A DNA stretch of 62,362 nucleotides, filler included, from Sphacelaria rigidula (lineage: Eukaryota), in the NCBI GenBank assembly GCA_964200075.2. It is 8 parts of 8 records of this genome, joined end to end, with 100 filler letters (N's around TTAATTAATTAA, not from the genome) between each part and the next. Parts side by side here need not be neighbours in the genome. Positions count along the whole stretch, not along the records: positions 23,427 to 31,134 come from CAXNAA020013722.1; positions 31,235 to 38,942 come from CAXNAA020013723.1; 6 more parts are not named here. One strand, written 5' to 3'. Positions 24,221 to 36,386 of this stretch are shown piece by piece. The position numbers were made by a program, and so were the translations under genes. Positions within the stretch are counted from its first letter, which is position 1. The number at the start of each line of letters is the position of its first letter. The notes under the pieces are model-generated. The model worked only from the letters and a program-made list of their open reading frames with translations, was not told the DNA's origin and did not search any database.

Positions 24221-27200
24221 TCTCAAAAGAGCCGGATCTTCTTGCTTCGTATCAGAGGAGCGTGAACGAGTTGACTCACCTTCATAGGCGTCGTCGTACC
24301 ACCCACCATACAGAGGCTTCGGAATCTTTCAGAGGCTGGCGTCGACGGCACAGGAGTATGACGGCGTGCTGCTGTCTGTAATCGGGTCAATAAACAAGTT
24401 GTCGGCATCGGGTTGTAATGTTGAATATTCTTCCATGATGGAATTCGCCCCCCCCCCGCATGCTCCGTCTCGACAGGGATGCGTGGTCAATGGTCAAACG
24501 AATAAGGCAAGCGACAAATGAGTTTACCCCCCCCCCTCGTCCTAGCCCCGCGCGGGTCATTCGAGGGGAAAACTCTAGAGCGATGCTTATTCATATTTCT
24601 TGATTCAAACGGAGCCTTCATGCAGTGATGATGTACGGATGCATAAGAACAACTGCAACAAGAAATAGTAAGAGGGTGTAGACCTAGCGATAGGGCTGTG
24701 CATGGGTTGCTCTGGCCAGTTAAGTTCCAACTGGCCGAGTTTAAACTGGCCGCTGGCGTGGCCAGTACATTGATGTTGGCTTCGCCGATTGACTGGGAAA
24801 AAATCGGCGGCGAGCGGCGAGGTCGCGAGCCGCAAACCGCCCTCCCCCCGGCTGGTAAGGGGGGCCCGCGGGAGCGCCGCCGGAGGCGAGTAAAATTGCA
24901 TTTTTTGGCTTGTCTTCCCTTCAAAAATGCTGCAAATTGTGGAAAATGTGACCCCTTACATTGAGGAGCTAAAAGTCTCAGATGACATTCAAATCCCTTC
25001 CACCGTGAGCGAGTCAAAAATCATTCATCTGTAGTACGCAGCAGCGGACTCTCGGTGAGAGGAGAGGATGCAAACAAGCCAAGGTTGGCAACACGGAACA
25101 CAGATTCTTCGTGAGGTGCTTCCAGCCAACTAAGGGTGGCTCACGGTCCAGGCAGCGCCCAGACAAAATAATTTTGGGAGGGCAAATACAGAGTTTTCCC
25201 CTGGTTTGAGCAGCACCCAGCATTTTTCCTCTTCATTTTTGGAAAATAAGCTTTTGTCACTACAACTACGATGTGGTGGAAAACACACACACACGAATAT
25301 GCGTAGCATCCCCCCTGCCCTCCCCAACGAGCCTGGCCCGGCGAAAACCTGGTGTGCTCCGTCCCCGCTGGGTAAGGATGTGAGGTCAATGGTCTCATGA
25401 TTACAGGATGCAATATCATGAGTACACCCCCCTCCTCCCAACCCGACCTCCCTCCCGTATTTCCCTTTGAACGCTTTGAGCAACCACATTCCTTGCTTTG
25501 GGGGTATGACTCTGGGAAAATGTCGCTCCGTGCCTCATTATTCAGAGATTAACAGAGTAGGGGGCAGTGCAAGAAGGAGGAGAAGGAACCCACATTCACC
25601 GGAGAACATGAACAGGAAATAGAACGATAATAGGAAACATACACACATTTGGCGCAACAAGTCACAAGGACAAGACATGGCGACAGACTAGACAAGGTTG
25701 CAGTGTGCATGTAACAGGTACCCCTTCAGTGCATGTAACAGGTACCCCTTCATTGATGAAGATTTGTTCTTGTCACCCATCCAGACATCTGCACTTATGC
25801 AACCTGGGCATACCCCAATGATACTTACAAGCTATTCATAGTATAGCTAATTCTCTGCAGCTACATCACGTACTGTGCTCTTAGCCCCCCCTTTCCCCCT
25901 TTTCCTTGTCAGGTACGAATCTATGCTTGGATCCCTTGCGAACTTAGTTGCAGTGGTTGCTGGTTGGGTAATTATTGTACCTTCGACGTAGGTGGCGCTG
26001 GCCCTATTGCTGCCGCAAACGCGCCACCCAAGCGCAGCGACGCAGCGTATGAGTATGAGTATCCTGCCCACACCAGCGAAGAGCAGACCAGTCGTGGCAT
26101 ATCTCAGCCTCTATCCTGCCTTGTGCTGCGGTGCTGCTGTCGAGCAAAGCGGTCCATATTCGTTCATCATTGCAGCAACCAGCGTTCGGACCCGTAGTCA
26201 GCACACAGGCCGGGATGTATGTTGTTGTTGCGAAAACAGACGAAACGCCGAGCACAAGTGTGCGGTAGACACGACATACGGGGGTAAAAATGGCGTCTCT
26301 CCAGGAACGAGTAAGCTCCCATGTGCAACAGACTGCCTCTGCAAACCCCTACATACATTGCGTGCAAACGGTTCCAATAAATCATGACGAAAATTACTTT
26401 GCGGTATATCGCTTTTTGGATAAATATCTACATCGGGCGAGGGTAAGATATCTGGGCCTCGAGCAGCATGTACATTCTACCCCACGGTGTACTGTATTAG
26501 TATCGTCTACAAACCTGGCCACGGGGGCAATCATGACTGCAACTGTGGCAGGCACAATGACTGAAGCGGGTTTCAGCCACAACAAGAAGGACAACGCCAA
26601 GAGCGGGAGCAAGAACAGAAATAGGCACAAAACCGTAGAGGGCTGGCCTGAGCCAAGGCGCGCGATGGCCTACAGCGAACTGGCGCACATCGGTGTTGAC
26701 AACGTGCTGTTCGCTCTCGTAAGAAATGGCATAAGCCTTACGAAGAATGAAGGAGCTGTTCTGTGCTACTGGTCCGGTGGGCGTGGACAGCATTGCGTAC
26801 AGCACAGCACAGCACAGTACAGTCTCCACGATAGTGACGTACCGAACGGGTGATTCGTTTTCGCTGCGTTCCTGGTTCTGGGTGCTGTGTATATGCACAT
26901 CGAGTCAACAGGAAACTGCCAACGGCAGACTTGTGCCCAACACTTCGGCTTGACATTTTGCCCTTTTGCCCGCCAGGGTAGGTCATCTATCATCGGTATC
27001 ACTTTCACTTGAGCAATTAATGGATGGCCCAGATGACCTGGCACCTGGTGGCCAAAGGGTAAGGCGATGTTTCCCTGTCATGTTGCCTATTTACGTTAAC
27101 ACTCACATATGCAGCGTATAACGGATGGCACATTACGTTTAGTTGCCACTGTCCAAAGCGATATGGGCTTTTTTTGCGCACGACCGCACGGTGAAGGCAA

Positions 27201-28399
27201 CGAGCATACGAGCACCACTCAATATGGTCCCGAACCCAAGTACCGCACACAACGTTTATTATTGTTGTCATTTTTCTTCTGTCTTACTTTTGCTCCTCTT
27301 CCTGGGGACGAGTTCGTACTCGCCAGGGATTTAGTATGCCAATCTCGAACCTGGTACGCTCATACTTCATCGTTTTCCTCTTGGGGCCGTTGATGGGAAA
27401 ATGACGACACAGAATCGGACATTTTCGTGGGTAAGAAAGGGCTGTTTTCCTCCAACTGTTGATGATGCAGCCCACCAAAACGATGCACCACTTTAAGTTC
27501 AAGTATATCAATGTGACGGGTCCGTGCGCCGAACTCGAAGTGGCGTTTTTCGGGTGACGAAAGCTCGCAGCATATGGGACTTTGTACTGTTTTTCGCGAG
27601 TTCCGAAAGGGTTAATAGCGGGCGAGAATCATCATGACATAAAACTACTGTAGAGTACACCGGTAAACCGCTCCGCACGTTGGTAGTTTTGCACAGTATG
27701 TCTATTGGAACGAGAGCGAGAAAGGAGGGAGTGGTGTATGTCCTCTCACAATGTACAAACCACCGACCTCGTCATTCTCTAGGTTAGGGATGATTTGCTC
27801 TCATCGGGCTGGTGAAGGACGTCCCAGGGTTGCCGCACCAACAAAGCGATGGCAACGAAAAATGCTCATACGCAAACATGGCAACATGATGTATTCTCCC
27901 GTGTACATGCCTGCATGGATATATCTAACACTAGATTCGTGAGATTCAGAGTGTAACATCGGATTCAGAGCGAGACCCGAAACAATTGACTTTCCCGTCG
28001 GTGTTGACATCGCCATAGTTCGAGGAGTAATAATGCGCCCAGCTGGTGAAGAGGTAACTTCAATGAAAGCTGTCACCTACACGATCAATTTGACACATCA
28101 CTTGATCGCAACGACGTAGTCAGTCCATCGCAACAAAAGATCCTCTCTTTCAGGAAAAACCGATTAGTGCCTGAAACAGTTTCAGTTTCGAAATGCTCCC
28201 CCAGGGGTAAAAATGCTTTTTGCGGTATCTCACCAACCACCGCCGAATTCCTCGAATGGGGTACTGTACGGTAGCTGCATGCACAGGACGTGTGCTTGAG
28301 CAAAAAAAAATGTTGCCTGTAAGGAACGCTAGAGCATCCACTCTGAATCCGATATTACGCTCTGAATCTCACGAATATGGTGTTATCTACCAAACGCAG

Positions 28400-28544
28400 A
28401 GGCTCCGTCAAGATTCCAGCGACCCACTCCCAACTGGGGCAGCTTCGACGTCGGACAACGCCCGAGCGGGCCGGAAGCGCCAAGTCAACCCGCGAAAAAA
28501 ACGCGATGCCGTAGAAGCATTACTAGCAACGGCGGGGGCACAAG
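28400..28544 (+). CDS. Probable exon of an uncharacterised coiled-coil protein
   Basis: Acceptor CGCAG, open frame EAPSRFQRPTPNW...GGGT, weak donor AAG|GTGCTA that is phase-compatible with 28663. Confidence 0.45.
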
Positions 28545-28662
28545 GTGCTATTCTTGCGGGACATGCCAAGTGTTTTTGTAACGGTGTAGATTGATTCGAG
28601 GAATACGTGCTCGTTTGGGCATTTGTATATCTAAACTGCTGACGACGTGTTTACTGCTACAG

Positions 28663-28906
28663 CAACCCAGACAAGAGCGTTCATTTTCAGTCACACCAAA
28701 CAGGAATCACTGCCTCTGTCGCAACCATTGATGCGCCAGGTGCTCTGCTGGAAGAGGCGGTCGAACTTTCCCGTTTTGATAAGCCTTGTAAGAACAATGC
28801 TTGCCTGCGACGGAACGTGTTGGAGGATAGGCTCGTATCTCGCGCAGGACAAGCGAAGGCTGTCTGGGATGCGAAACTTCGGCGCGTGCACAAGCTCGGG
28901 AGAACG
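28663..28906 (+). CDS. Exon of an uncharacterised coiled-coil protein
   Basis: Acceptor CTACAG, donor ACG|GTAGGC; NPDKSVHF...AKAVWDAKLRRVHKLGRT joins in phase 0 to 29469. Confidence 0.6.
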
Positions 28907-29468
28907 GTAGGCATAGTGGTGTCGAGTCAGGAAAGGAGGGAGTAAGCGGGGGGTGACGTAGCGTTACACTGGCAATGGCACTATGTGGTCAAGATATCGA
29001 CGTCTGACATATCCGGCAGTTTCCGACCACAGTACCCCCGGTCAGAGCAAACATGATATTGTCCTTCTCCATTCATTATCCAGTGCAACAAATACAATCC
29101 CCATTTGCTATGCTGGGGGGTTCTGTATACACTGAATGCGCAGGTGTGCTTAACTTTTTATTTGTGTTTTGCACTGGGGCCCGATGCGCTTCATGTATTT
29201 CGACTCGTCGAAATATGTTGTCGTCGGCGTGTTGTAGGGGCGTGAGGGCAGAGATATGGGGTGGCTGAGGGAAGAAGGGGAAAGGGAATGTGTATATCAC
29301 CAGGGGTTGACGCCAGCAGAGCCACTGAAGTTGGGAAAACGTGGCGCTGCTCGAAATAAGTTCCTTAGAGCATTTGACCTTTAGAGACCTTGAACATCAC
29401 GACCAACGTTGATCCCCTTTCGTGGAAGCGCTGAAGTGATTTAGCTTATTTCATGGGCGTGCGTGCAG

Positions 29469-29663
29469 GTTATCGACATCGAAAAGCACCGTGATGCCGC
29501 GGTTGGAGAGGTAGCATCTCTCGAACAAGCGGCCGTGGCGGTGGTTGCGGAGGCGGAGGAACTTCGAAAACGAGCGCAGTCTAGGGACGAAGAGAATCGT
29601 AGAATTGCCGAGGAACTTTCACGCTTGGAGGTCGAGCTCCGGAAGCTTCGCAGGCGGCATCAA
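29469..29663 (+). CDS. Coiled-coil exon, uncharacterised protein
   Basis: Acceptor TGCAG; VIDIEKHRDAAVGEVASLEQ...ELSRLEVELRKLRRRHQ is heptad-rich; donor CAA|GTGCGC. Confidence 0.7.
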
Positions 29664-30334
29664 GTGCGCACTACAAAAGCTTTCTCGCCTTGAGGGCATT
29701 AATTCACTGATCTGATGAAACGTTTTTTTTTTTAATATCTCGCAATCTTTCTACGGGCTGCTAAGTGTGTTTGGTATTAGACAGTATTCATGATGGCAAG
29801 AAAATCGACTCGCACAACATTGTATAGAGACGTGCTGTATGTAGTGAACGTGTCCTGACTTAGAGAGTGTGCAAAGGCATGCTTATACAATTTTTTCAGT
29901 ACGGTAGCCGTTGGTGCCGACACCCGTGCACACTTTGATTCTGCACCCTCAGCAAATCCTGCAAACGTGTCGCGAGTGGTACCGCATTAGGGGTGCACAT
30001 TTTCTTCTTCTCGGGTTTAAACTGTTAGGATCCCTTCATCTCATCCAGAAGACGATTTACGAAATATGTGCGAGCATCCCATGATAAGCATTCCAATAGG
30101 CTACAAATTTTCGGAATGAATTTTCGAGGTAAAGTATCCTTACCCATGTTCTTGTGTACACACTGACGTTCGGAGCCCGTCAATGATGAACACCTGGGCC
30201 CAAATGTCTAACCTACCATGGCATGACTCTCGCGCTTACTGCACCTCCGGAAATATCTCCTTCTTGCTCATCCCTTCCCCCGGTTTCACCTCCCCTCCCC
30301 TCCCCGATAATTTTCCTCGTAACCATGACACCAG

Positions 30335-30819
30335 GAAGAGATTCAACAAAGCCTACCACCACCGACAGGGTCCATCATATCCGAAGTCGGGGAGTGGACC
30401 ACGTCCGAAGGACAGCCCTTTACGCCAGATGGGCTAACCGTAACGTTCTCCCGCAGCAACGGCGGACGCAATCGTGACTGTTGCCCTCGACCCCGGATGT
30501 ACGGGGAAAACATTCCCCTGCACCGCGTACAACGAGGGCATCAAGAAGCCACCACGACTGCCGCCAAAAACGCCAGCAGCAATCTCGATCGTGATGACAA
30601 TAGTCGCAGTGCGGGAGACACGAGAGGTGGCCGCAATAATACATCGGGACAGAAAACACCAGAGCAGGAAGAGGTCGCACGTGCTTGCGGGCAGCCTTTA
30701 TCACACTCCTGCGACATAAGCGGCGACGTCACCAGGGACTTGTGTAGACGGGTAGGAGGTCCCTACAACAGCAGCGGGCACAACTTGCCGAAAAAAGAGC
30801 ATTCCGGATGTTTCGGCAG
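30335..30819 (+). CDS. Disordered exon of the same protein
   Basis: Acceptor ACCAG after a pyrimidine tract; 161 open codons EEIQQSLPPP...SGCFG; donor CAG|GTAAAT (or a stop at 30823). Confidence 0.6.
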
Positions 30820-31686
30820 GTAAATAGCCGTTTCGCGATCTGGGTGGGGTAGGTAGGGGGCAAATCATAGGCATTATTTTGCATCTTTCCAGATACTCGT
30901 GTGCCCGGGGGGTTGGTTGTCTCTTCACACCTAGTACGGCCTCAATCGTCCAGCCCTTCTGCGGAGAATAGCACTACACCACGGTTGTGCTGCAAAGAGA
31001 GTACAACAATATGGGTAATGGATGGCATTCATACTTGTATTCAAGAGGGGGGGGGGGGGGGAGGGGGGCGTACCGATTTTTTTGTTGCTTTTGTGGTTTG
31101 AACATGGACCAGGCACCCCAGGCGGGAAGGGGGTNNNNNNNNNNNNNNNNNNNNNNNNNNNNNNNNNNNNNNNNNNNNTTAATTAATTAANNNNNNNNNN
31201 NNNNNNNNNNNNNNNNNNNNNNNNNNNNNNNNNNTTTTTATTATCACTTGTTTTTATTATCACTTGTTTTTATTATCACTTGTTTTTATTATCATCATTG
31301 TCAGGCAAGACACACCGAGTAGGTCAGAGGATCAACATGATTTGGCACGAAATAGTTCAAGGACCTCCAACCATTATTCCGTACTTCGCGCTCCACCTTC
31401 GCTTAGAGTATAAGTTAGGGATACGGTACAAGATGAGTGAGAAATGAAGCAGGTTGCAAGCCACAGCCTCGAGGAGGAGAGGGTTGGTGAAGTCACCTAT
31501 GGAGTATGACTTGTGCAAGAAGCTGACGCGTATATGAGTATACAATGAAAGCAAAGACGTGAAGCATGCACGGAAACTATTCCGATTTGTTTCCGTGTCG
31601 ACTGTTCAACGACATCTCTCCCCCCCCCCGCTCCCTTAGACTCCACACCTCCCGTCGCTGCTTCCCTCTTTTGTTTTGTGCACCAG

Positions 31687-31782
31687 GTAGAGGAGTCTGG
31701 CGAGCACGTGGTGTATGGCACGGGGGAGCTGTACATGGACTGTGTCATGCACGACTTGCGTGTCATGTACGCAGATGCAGAG
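31687..31782 (+). CDS. EFTUD2: U5 snRNP 116 kDa GTPase (Snu114) exon
   Basis: VEESGEHVVYGTGELYMDCVMHDLRVMYADAE; canonical splice sites. Confidence 0.93.
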
Positions 31783-32836
31783 GTGTGTGTGTGTGTGTTT
31801 CGTACGTGCTGGTGGTGCTTGTCAGACAAACATGCAGTATCGAAGTAATAGATACATACAGAGATAGATATAGATCTTGCGCACGGACAAAATCGCAAAA
31901 TAATATACATGTAAGGCCAATTTCATAGCGCTTTTTGCTTACTGGATGAGGTGTTCGGAGACACACGATGTACAAACGTAGAAGACAGCGATATATTTCG
32001 TGACGCGTCGGATACTATCTTCCCTTGTATCAGGCCAGCTGTGGTGCCTGACATGCATGGCATACCTACGGTAGTGCCGCGACGCGCCGGTGGTCTTGAC
32101 TAACCCTTTCGGGGCCGGAGCGGACTAACCGGTGGTGAGGACGTTTTGTAAATCGACATCATTTTCACTTGAAAACGATTGAAAAATATGCCGATTTACA
32201 AATGGCCTCTGCGTGCAAACCAGGGGTCCATCCCTCGCTAGTGGGAGTCCGGTCCCAAAAAGGTTAAAATGGTCAAAATGGTACGGCTGAAACCAGTTAG
32301 TGCGAGAGATTGGGGGAATTCGAATCCAGACAAATTGGATGCATTTGGTTGTTTTCCCTGATGAGTCTCTGAATATTCCCTCGCTGAAAATTTGAGGATT
32401 TGCGGACGTAGAAAAGATGGTGGGTTTGATTGGACAAGTTGAAGCAGTGCGGGAGTGCTGACCCGATCCACGACACCACTTCCTACGGCGTGTGCTGTGT
32501 GTGTGCACCGTGGGAGAGGTGGGTTGATCGCTTGAAAGCACGGAGTCGTCTCAACGAAGAGAAGATGGATCGGAAGTGTGACGAGAACAAAGAAAGATAG
32601 GGTTTGATTGTTGGATGGTTTGATTGGATTCTTTGCTGCACATTCATCGATGGGCGATTCATGCCGGCGTCTTGTCTTTAGAAACCGCCATTGTAATGCA
32701 TGCGCAACCTTTTTATCAGTTTCACCCTCAACATAACGAAAGTGTGTGCCTTTTTTTCCCTCTGTCTTGCCCAGGGTATAACATGTTACCGTTCCCGATC
32801 TGTTTCATCGGTGTGTCTTGTTCAACGTTCGTTAAG

Positions 32837-32992
32837 GTGAAAGTGGCTGACCCGTCGACAGCGTTTTGCGAGACTGTCGTAGAGACATCGAGTCTCAAGT
32901 GCTTCTCGGAGACGCCCAACAAACGGAATAAGCTCACCATGATCGCCGAACCCCTGGAAAACGGGTTGGCGGTGGACATTGAGTCCGGCGAG
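32837..32992 (+). CDS. EFTUD2: Snu114 exon
   Basis: [52 protein letters not shown]. Confidence 0.95.
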
Positions 32993-33503
32993 GTGAGGGC
33001 AAGACCTGTATATAGCTCATACACAAGTTCAGCAGTGGTCGATCGGATTTTGTTGCTCCGGGTGCGATTGCGAGAAGTGGGCAGCAAATTTTTTCCAGTT
33101 TCACATACATCCGGCACACATTGGGGCGATACCATGAGGCGAAGAGGGGGTACTGCATCTACGCGGGATTCATGACAATTTCGTTCGTTCGTTCATTCAT
33201 TCATTCATTTACTCTAGATTGTCTGATCGTTCGACAGACCCGTGGATCATGACTTCCCCCCTCCCCCCCCCCCCCCCCCGCCGCACCTACCAAGAGACCC
33301 CTCACCCTTGGACCGCGGTGTTCGTCCTCGACATGGNNNNNNNNNNTTCATTCATTTATTTCTTTTCTCTAGATTTGCTGATCCTTCCACAGACCCGTGG
33401 ATCATGACTTCCCCCCCCCCCCCCCCCTCGAACATCGAGGTACAACAAAAACGCCTTGTTCGTGATTCAGTAATCGATCGACCGCAGAGCATTGCTTAGC
33501 TCC

Positions 33504-33505
<2 letters not shown>

Positions 33506-33544
<39 letters not shown>
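33506..33544 (+). repeat. (TG)n microsatellite
   Basis: Seen directly. Confidence 0.95.
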
Positions 33545-33545
<1 letters not shown>

Positions 33546-33694
33546 CCCTCACCAGTTATGTTTACCCCAGTTTTTCCTCCAAATACTCCGTGGTATATAT
33601 TTACTTGATGTTAGTGGGAACACCGAGATACGGATATTAAGTTGGGCTCACCGTCCCACCGAGTGCTCGTGGCTTCCGCAGAAGCGCACGACTG

Positions 33695-33800
33695 TCCCCG
33701 GTGCCGATTTAGGTTTTACCAAAGCTAACTTTGCCTAGAGCACCCTTAGCTTCCCCATTACCCCAGGGTTGGGGTTAGGGTTAGGGTTAGGGTTAGGGTT
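33695..33800 (-). mobile_element. Short dispersed element carrying (TTAGGG)n; at least seven copies in the window
   Basis: GGGTTAGGGTTAGGGTTAGGGTTAGGGTT next to the family core CCCTAGGCAAA...TTGG.AGACCTCA..TCGGCGCC. Confidence 0.65.
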
Positions 33801-33810
33801 ATGATAACAG

Positions 33811-34285
33811 CAAGGTTGTGTTCTGTAGGGTATGAGATTCCTTGAAGAACTTACAGAAATATCGGATACCGGTATGAAAGTCTTACAGAAATTACAGAAC
33901 TTGTCGGGTACGGTACGTGAAGCTTACAGAAAAAACGTACCGGCAATCAGGTACTTCTGTGAGAGGATAGCCGCGCTCCGGGTAAGGGTATGGGAGGCTT
34001 ACCGAACTCACAGAGGTGTCGGGTAGGGTATGGAGGTTAAACATGAAAACGTACCCGCAACCGGGTATCTTCTCATTATTTTCCCGTGCCCCCCGGTAAC
34101 AGTACGGGAGGCTTGCAAGACTCACAGCACTATTGGGTAAGGGTACGGAATTCTTGCAGAGTTTACAAAACTGTCGGGTACCGATATAAAAGTATTACAG
34201 AACTCACAGAACCGTAAGGTACGGTTTATACCCAGGAAAATACCCCGGGTTTACAGAAAACCGTACTCTACAGAACACGACCTTG
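33811..34285. mobile_element. MITE with 24-bp CAAGGT... TIR and degenerate 8-bp TSD
   Basis: CAAGGTTGTGTTCTGTAGGGTATG / CGTACTCTACAGAACACGACCTTG; flanks GATAACAG and GAAAATAG; internal TACAGAA and TCGGGTA repeats. Confidence 0.8.
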
Positions 34286-35182
34286 GAAAATAGCACATGA
34301 CTTGGTGTGTGTGCGACGAATCGGTGGTTGATGCCGTGAGACATTTTTTGGCATATTACGTCAACCAGGTTGTGAAGTCTTGTTGTATCAATCATTCCGC
34401 AGTTTAAGCATTTGGAAAAGAATCGTACGGTGTCAACTATGGACTCGATGTTGATGTATTTTGGAGGAAAAAAAAAACAGGAGAGGAGAGAAAATCAAGA
34501 AACATTTCATCACTCCGCTATACCAACATTTTGTTTGGTATACCAGCACACGTAAGCGAGGAGACAAGATGGAAACCCGCATCTACTCGTTTTAAAATGA
34601 CACATGGCGTCACTTATGTACGTTCCTCTGGGGTTTTTTTAATGTTCACCGCACGAAAAAATCTTCTGTACGAGTAGTCCATACTCAGTATATAATGTGG
34701 ACACAAGAACGCATCTGATGATGACTTTTTGTTCTATCGCTTTGTCTTCCGGGGCACACAGTTACACCTTTACATCGTGTGGCTTGGGGACCTGCTAGCG
34801 ACTTGACCCTTTTCAAAAACATTTAGTGACATGGATGGCCACGTCGGTAGCTTCGAAATTGCTGAGTTGGGATACTTGCACGTGGATTGCGTTTCATTTA
34901 TCGTTGTTGCCATTATCCGATTACTTTTGTTATGCTAGTCATGATTCAATAGACCTTGTTCCCTTGAAGGTGAGCGTCGAGTGGTATATGAGACTATGGG
35001 AAAGTTTTTCCAAGCCCGCATCGATTTTCATGTGTTGCTGTTGCTGTTGCTATTGCTGCTGCTATTGTTATTGCTTTCATTGTCACGGTTTCTCGTTGCT
35101 GCTGTTGTTTCTGTCATCATCCAACTTACTGCTTTTTTGCTGTTGTGGTCATGATCCAATTGATGTCACTTTCGTTGAAAAG

Positions 35183-35329
35183 GTGAGCATTGAGTGGGAC
35201 AGAAAGACTCTGGGAGAGTTCTTCCAGGCCAAGTACGACTGGGATTTGCTGGCGGCTCGATCTATCTGGGCCTTCGGTCCCGAAGTGGACGGGCCCAACA
35301 TTCTGGTCGACGATACCCTTCCATCTGAG
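35183..35329 (+). CDS. EFTUD2: Snu114 exon
   Basis: [49 protein letters not shown]. Confidence 0.95.
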
Positions 35330-36224
35330 GTAAACGGTCTTCATTTTGCAGTACGTGTTTTTTATGGATCAGGCAATGGTGCATGCCAATCACCTCCCCC
35401 CCCCCCCGCCAATCCTCGGAATAAGCCCGCAGCATCAAGGAAACATCTGCTCTGCACTCACTTCATGTATGTGAATGCTGCTGTGTGATGGTTGGGATTT
35501 TGGTGAACCTTTCGAGACAGAGCACCGTTCCTAGTCCTAATATGGTGGTGGGGGTGAGGATGTTATTCTATTTTTTGTTGATGGGTATTTGTTATTTTCC
35601 CGAGTCACCCCGGGCAGAATGTTTTCGACCAAGGTTTGGTACCGGATCGTCACGTTTACTTTTGGTTTTGTGATATTTGGTGGTTGTACTTGTTCTTGCT
35701 CTTGCTCTTGGTCATTTATGGTCAATAATCCACTGGGAGATGACATGCATGCCCAGTATGGTGCGTAGATTTCGAGTACCAAGAACAGGTTCTGGTTAGG
35801 TTACGGTGGGCACGTTCTGTCATTATTGCAGTAGTTTTGCCCTCTTGTGCAGGTCATCCATTCAGTTTGTATGGTGCACACTGTGTTCGTTATGCGTACA
35901 TGTGCGTCATACGTCAGTGCACGCCCATACTCCATAATGCGTCGTGATCCATACTGCATCGTATTCCAATGTGTGTCACGCTCCAGTGTGTTACACGTCA
36001 GTGTGTGCCATAATCCATTTGCGTTATACAACACTTGAGTGTGCGCTATCCTCCGGTTTGCGTCATACTCCAGAGTGCGTGTGTGTGCTTCACAGTATGC
36101 TTCCTACTTCCCTATCCCTGAAACCACCCACACGACCCACACCCACACCCACCAACACACAACCGCGCGCCCAAAACCCCAAAATCGCATCTACGCTGCG
36201 CACATAACCCACCGGACTACATAG

Positions 36225-36386
36225 GTGGACAAGAACAGGCTGAACGCGTGTCGAGAAAGCATCGTGCAAGGCTTCCAATGGGGGTGCAGAGAGGGGCCGC
36301 TCTGCGACGAGCCCATCCGAAACGCTAAGTTCAAAATTCTCGACGCAACCATTGCGGCGGAGCCCATCCACAGGGGAGGAGGGCAG
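36225..36386 (+). CDS. EFTUD2: Snu114 exon
   Basis: [54 protein letters not shown]. Confidence 0.95.

Noticed and set aside
26533..26718. First exon of the coiled-coil gene
   Set aside because: Plausible ATG-to-GTAAGA exon, but no phase-consistent link to 28400 could be built.
33190..33430. Tandem duplication around a 10-N gap
   Set aside because: May be an overlap artefact at a scaffold gap next to poly-C.
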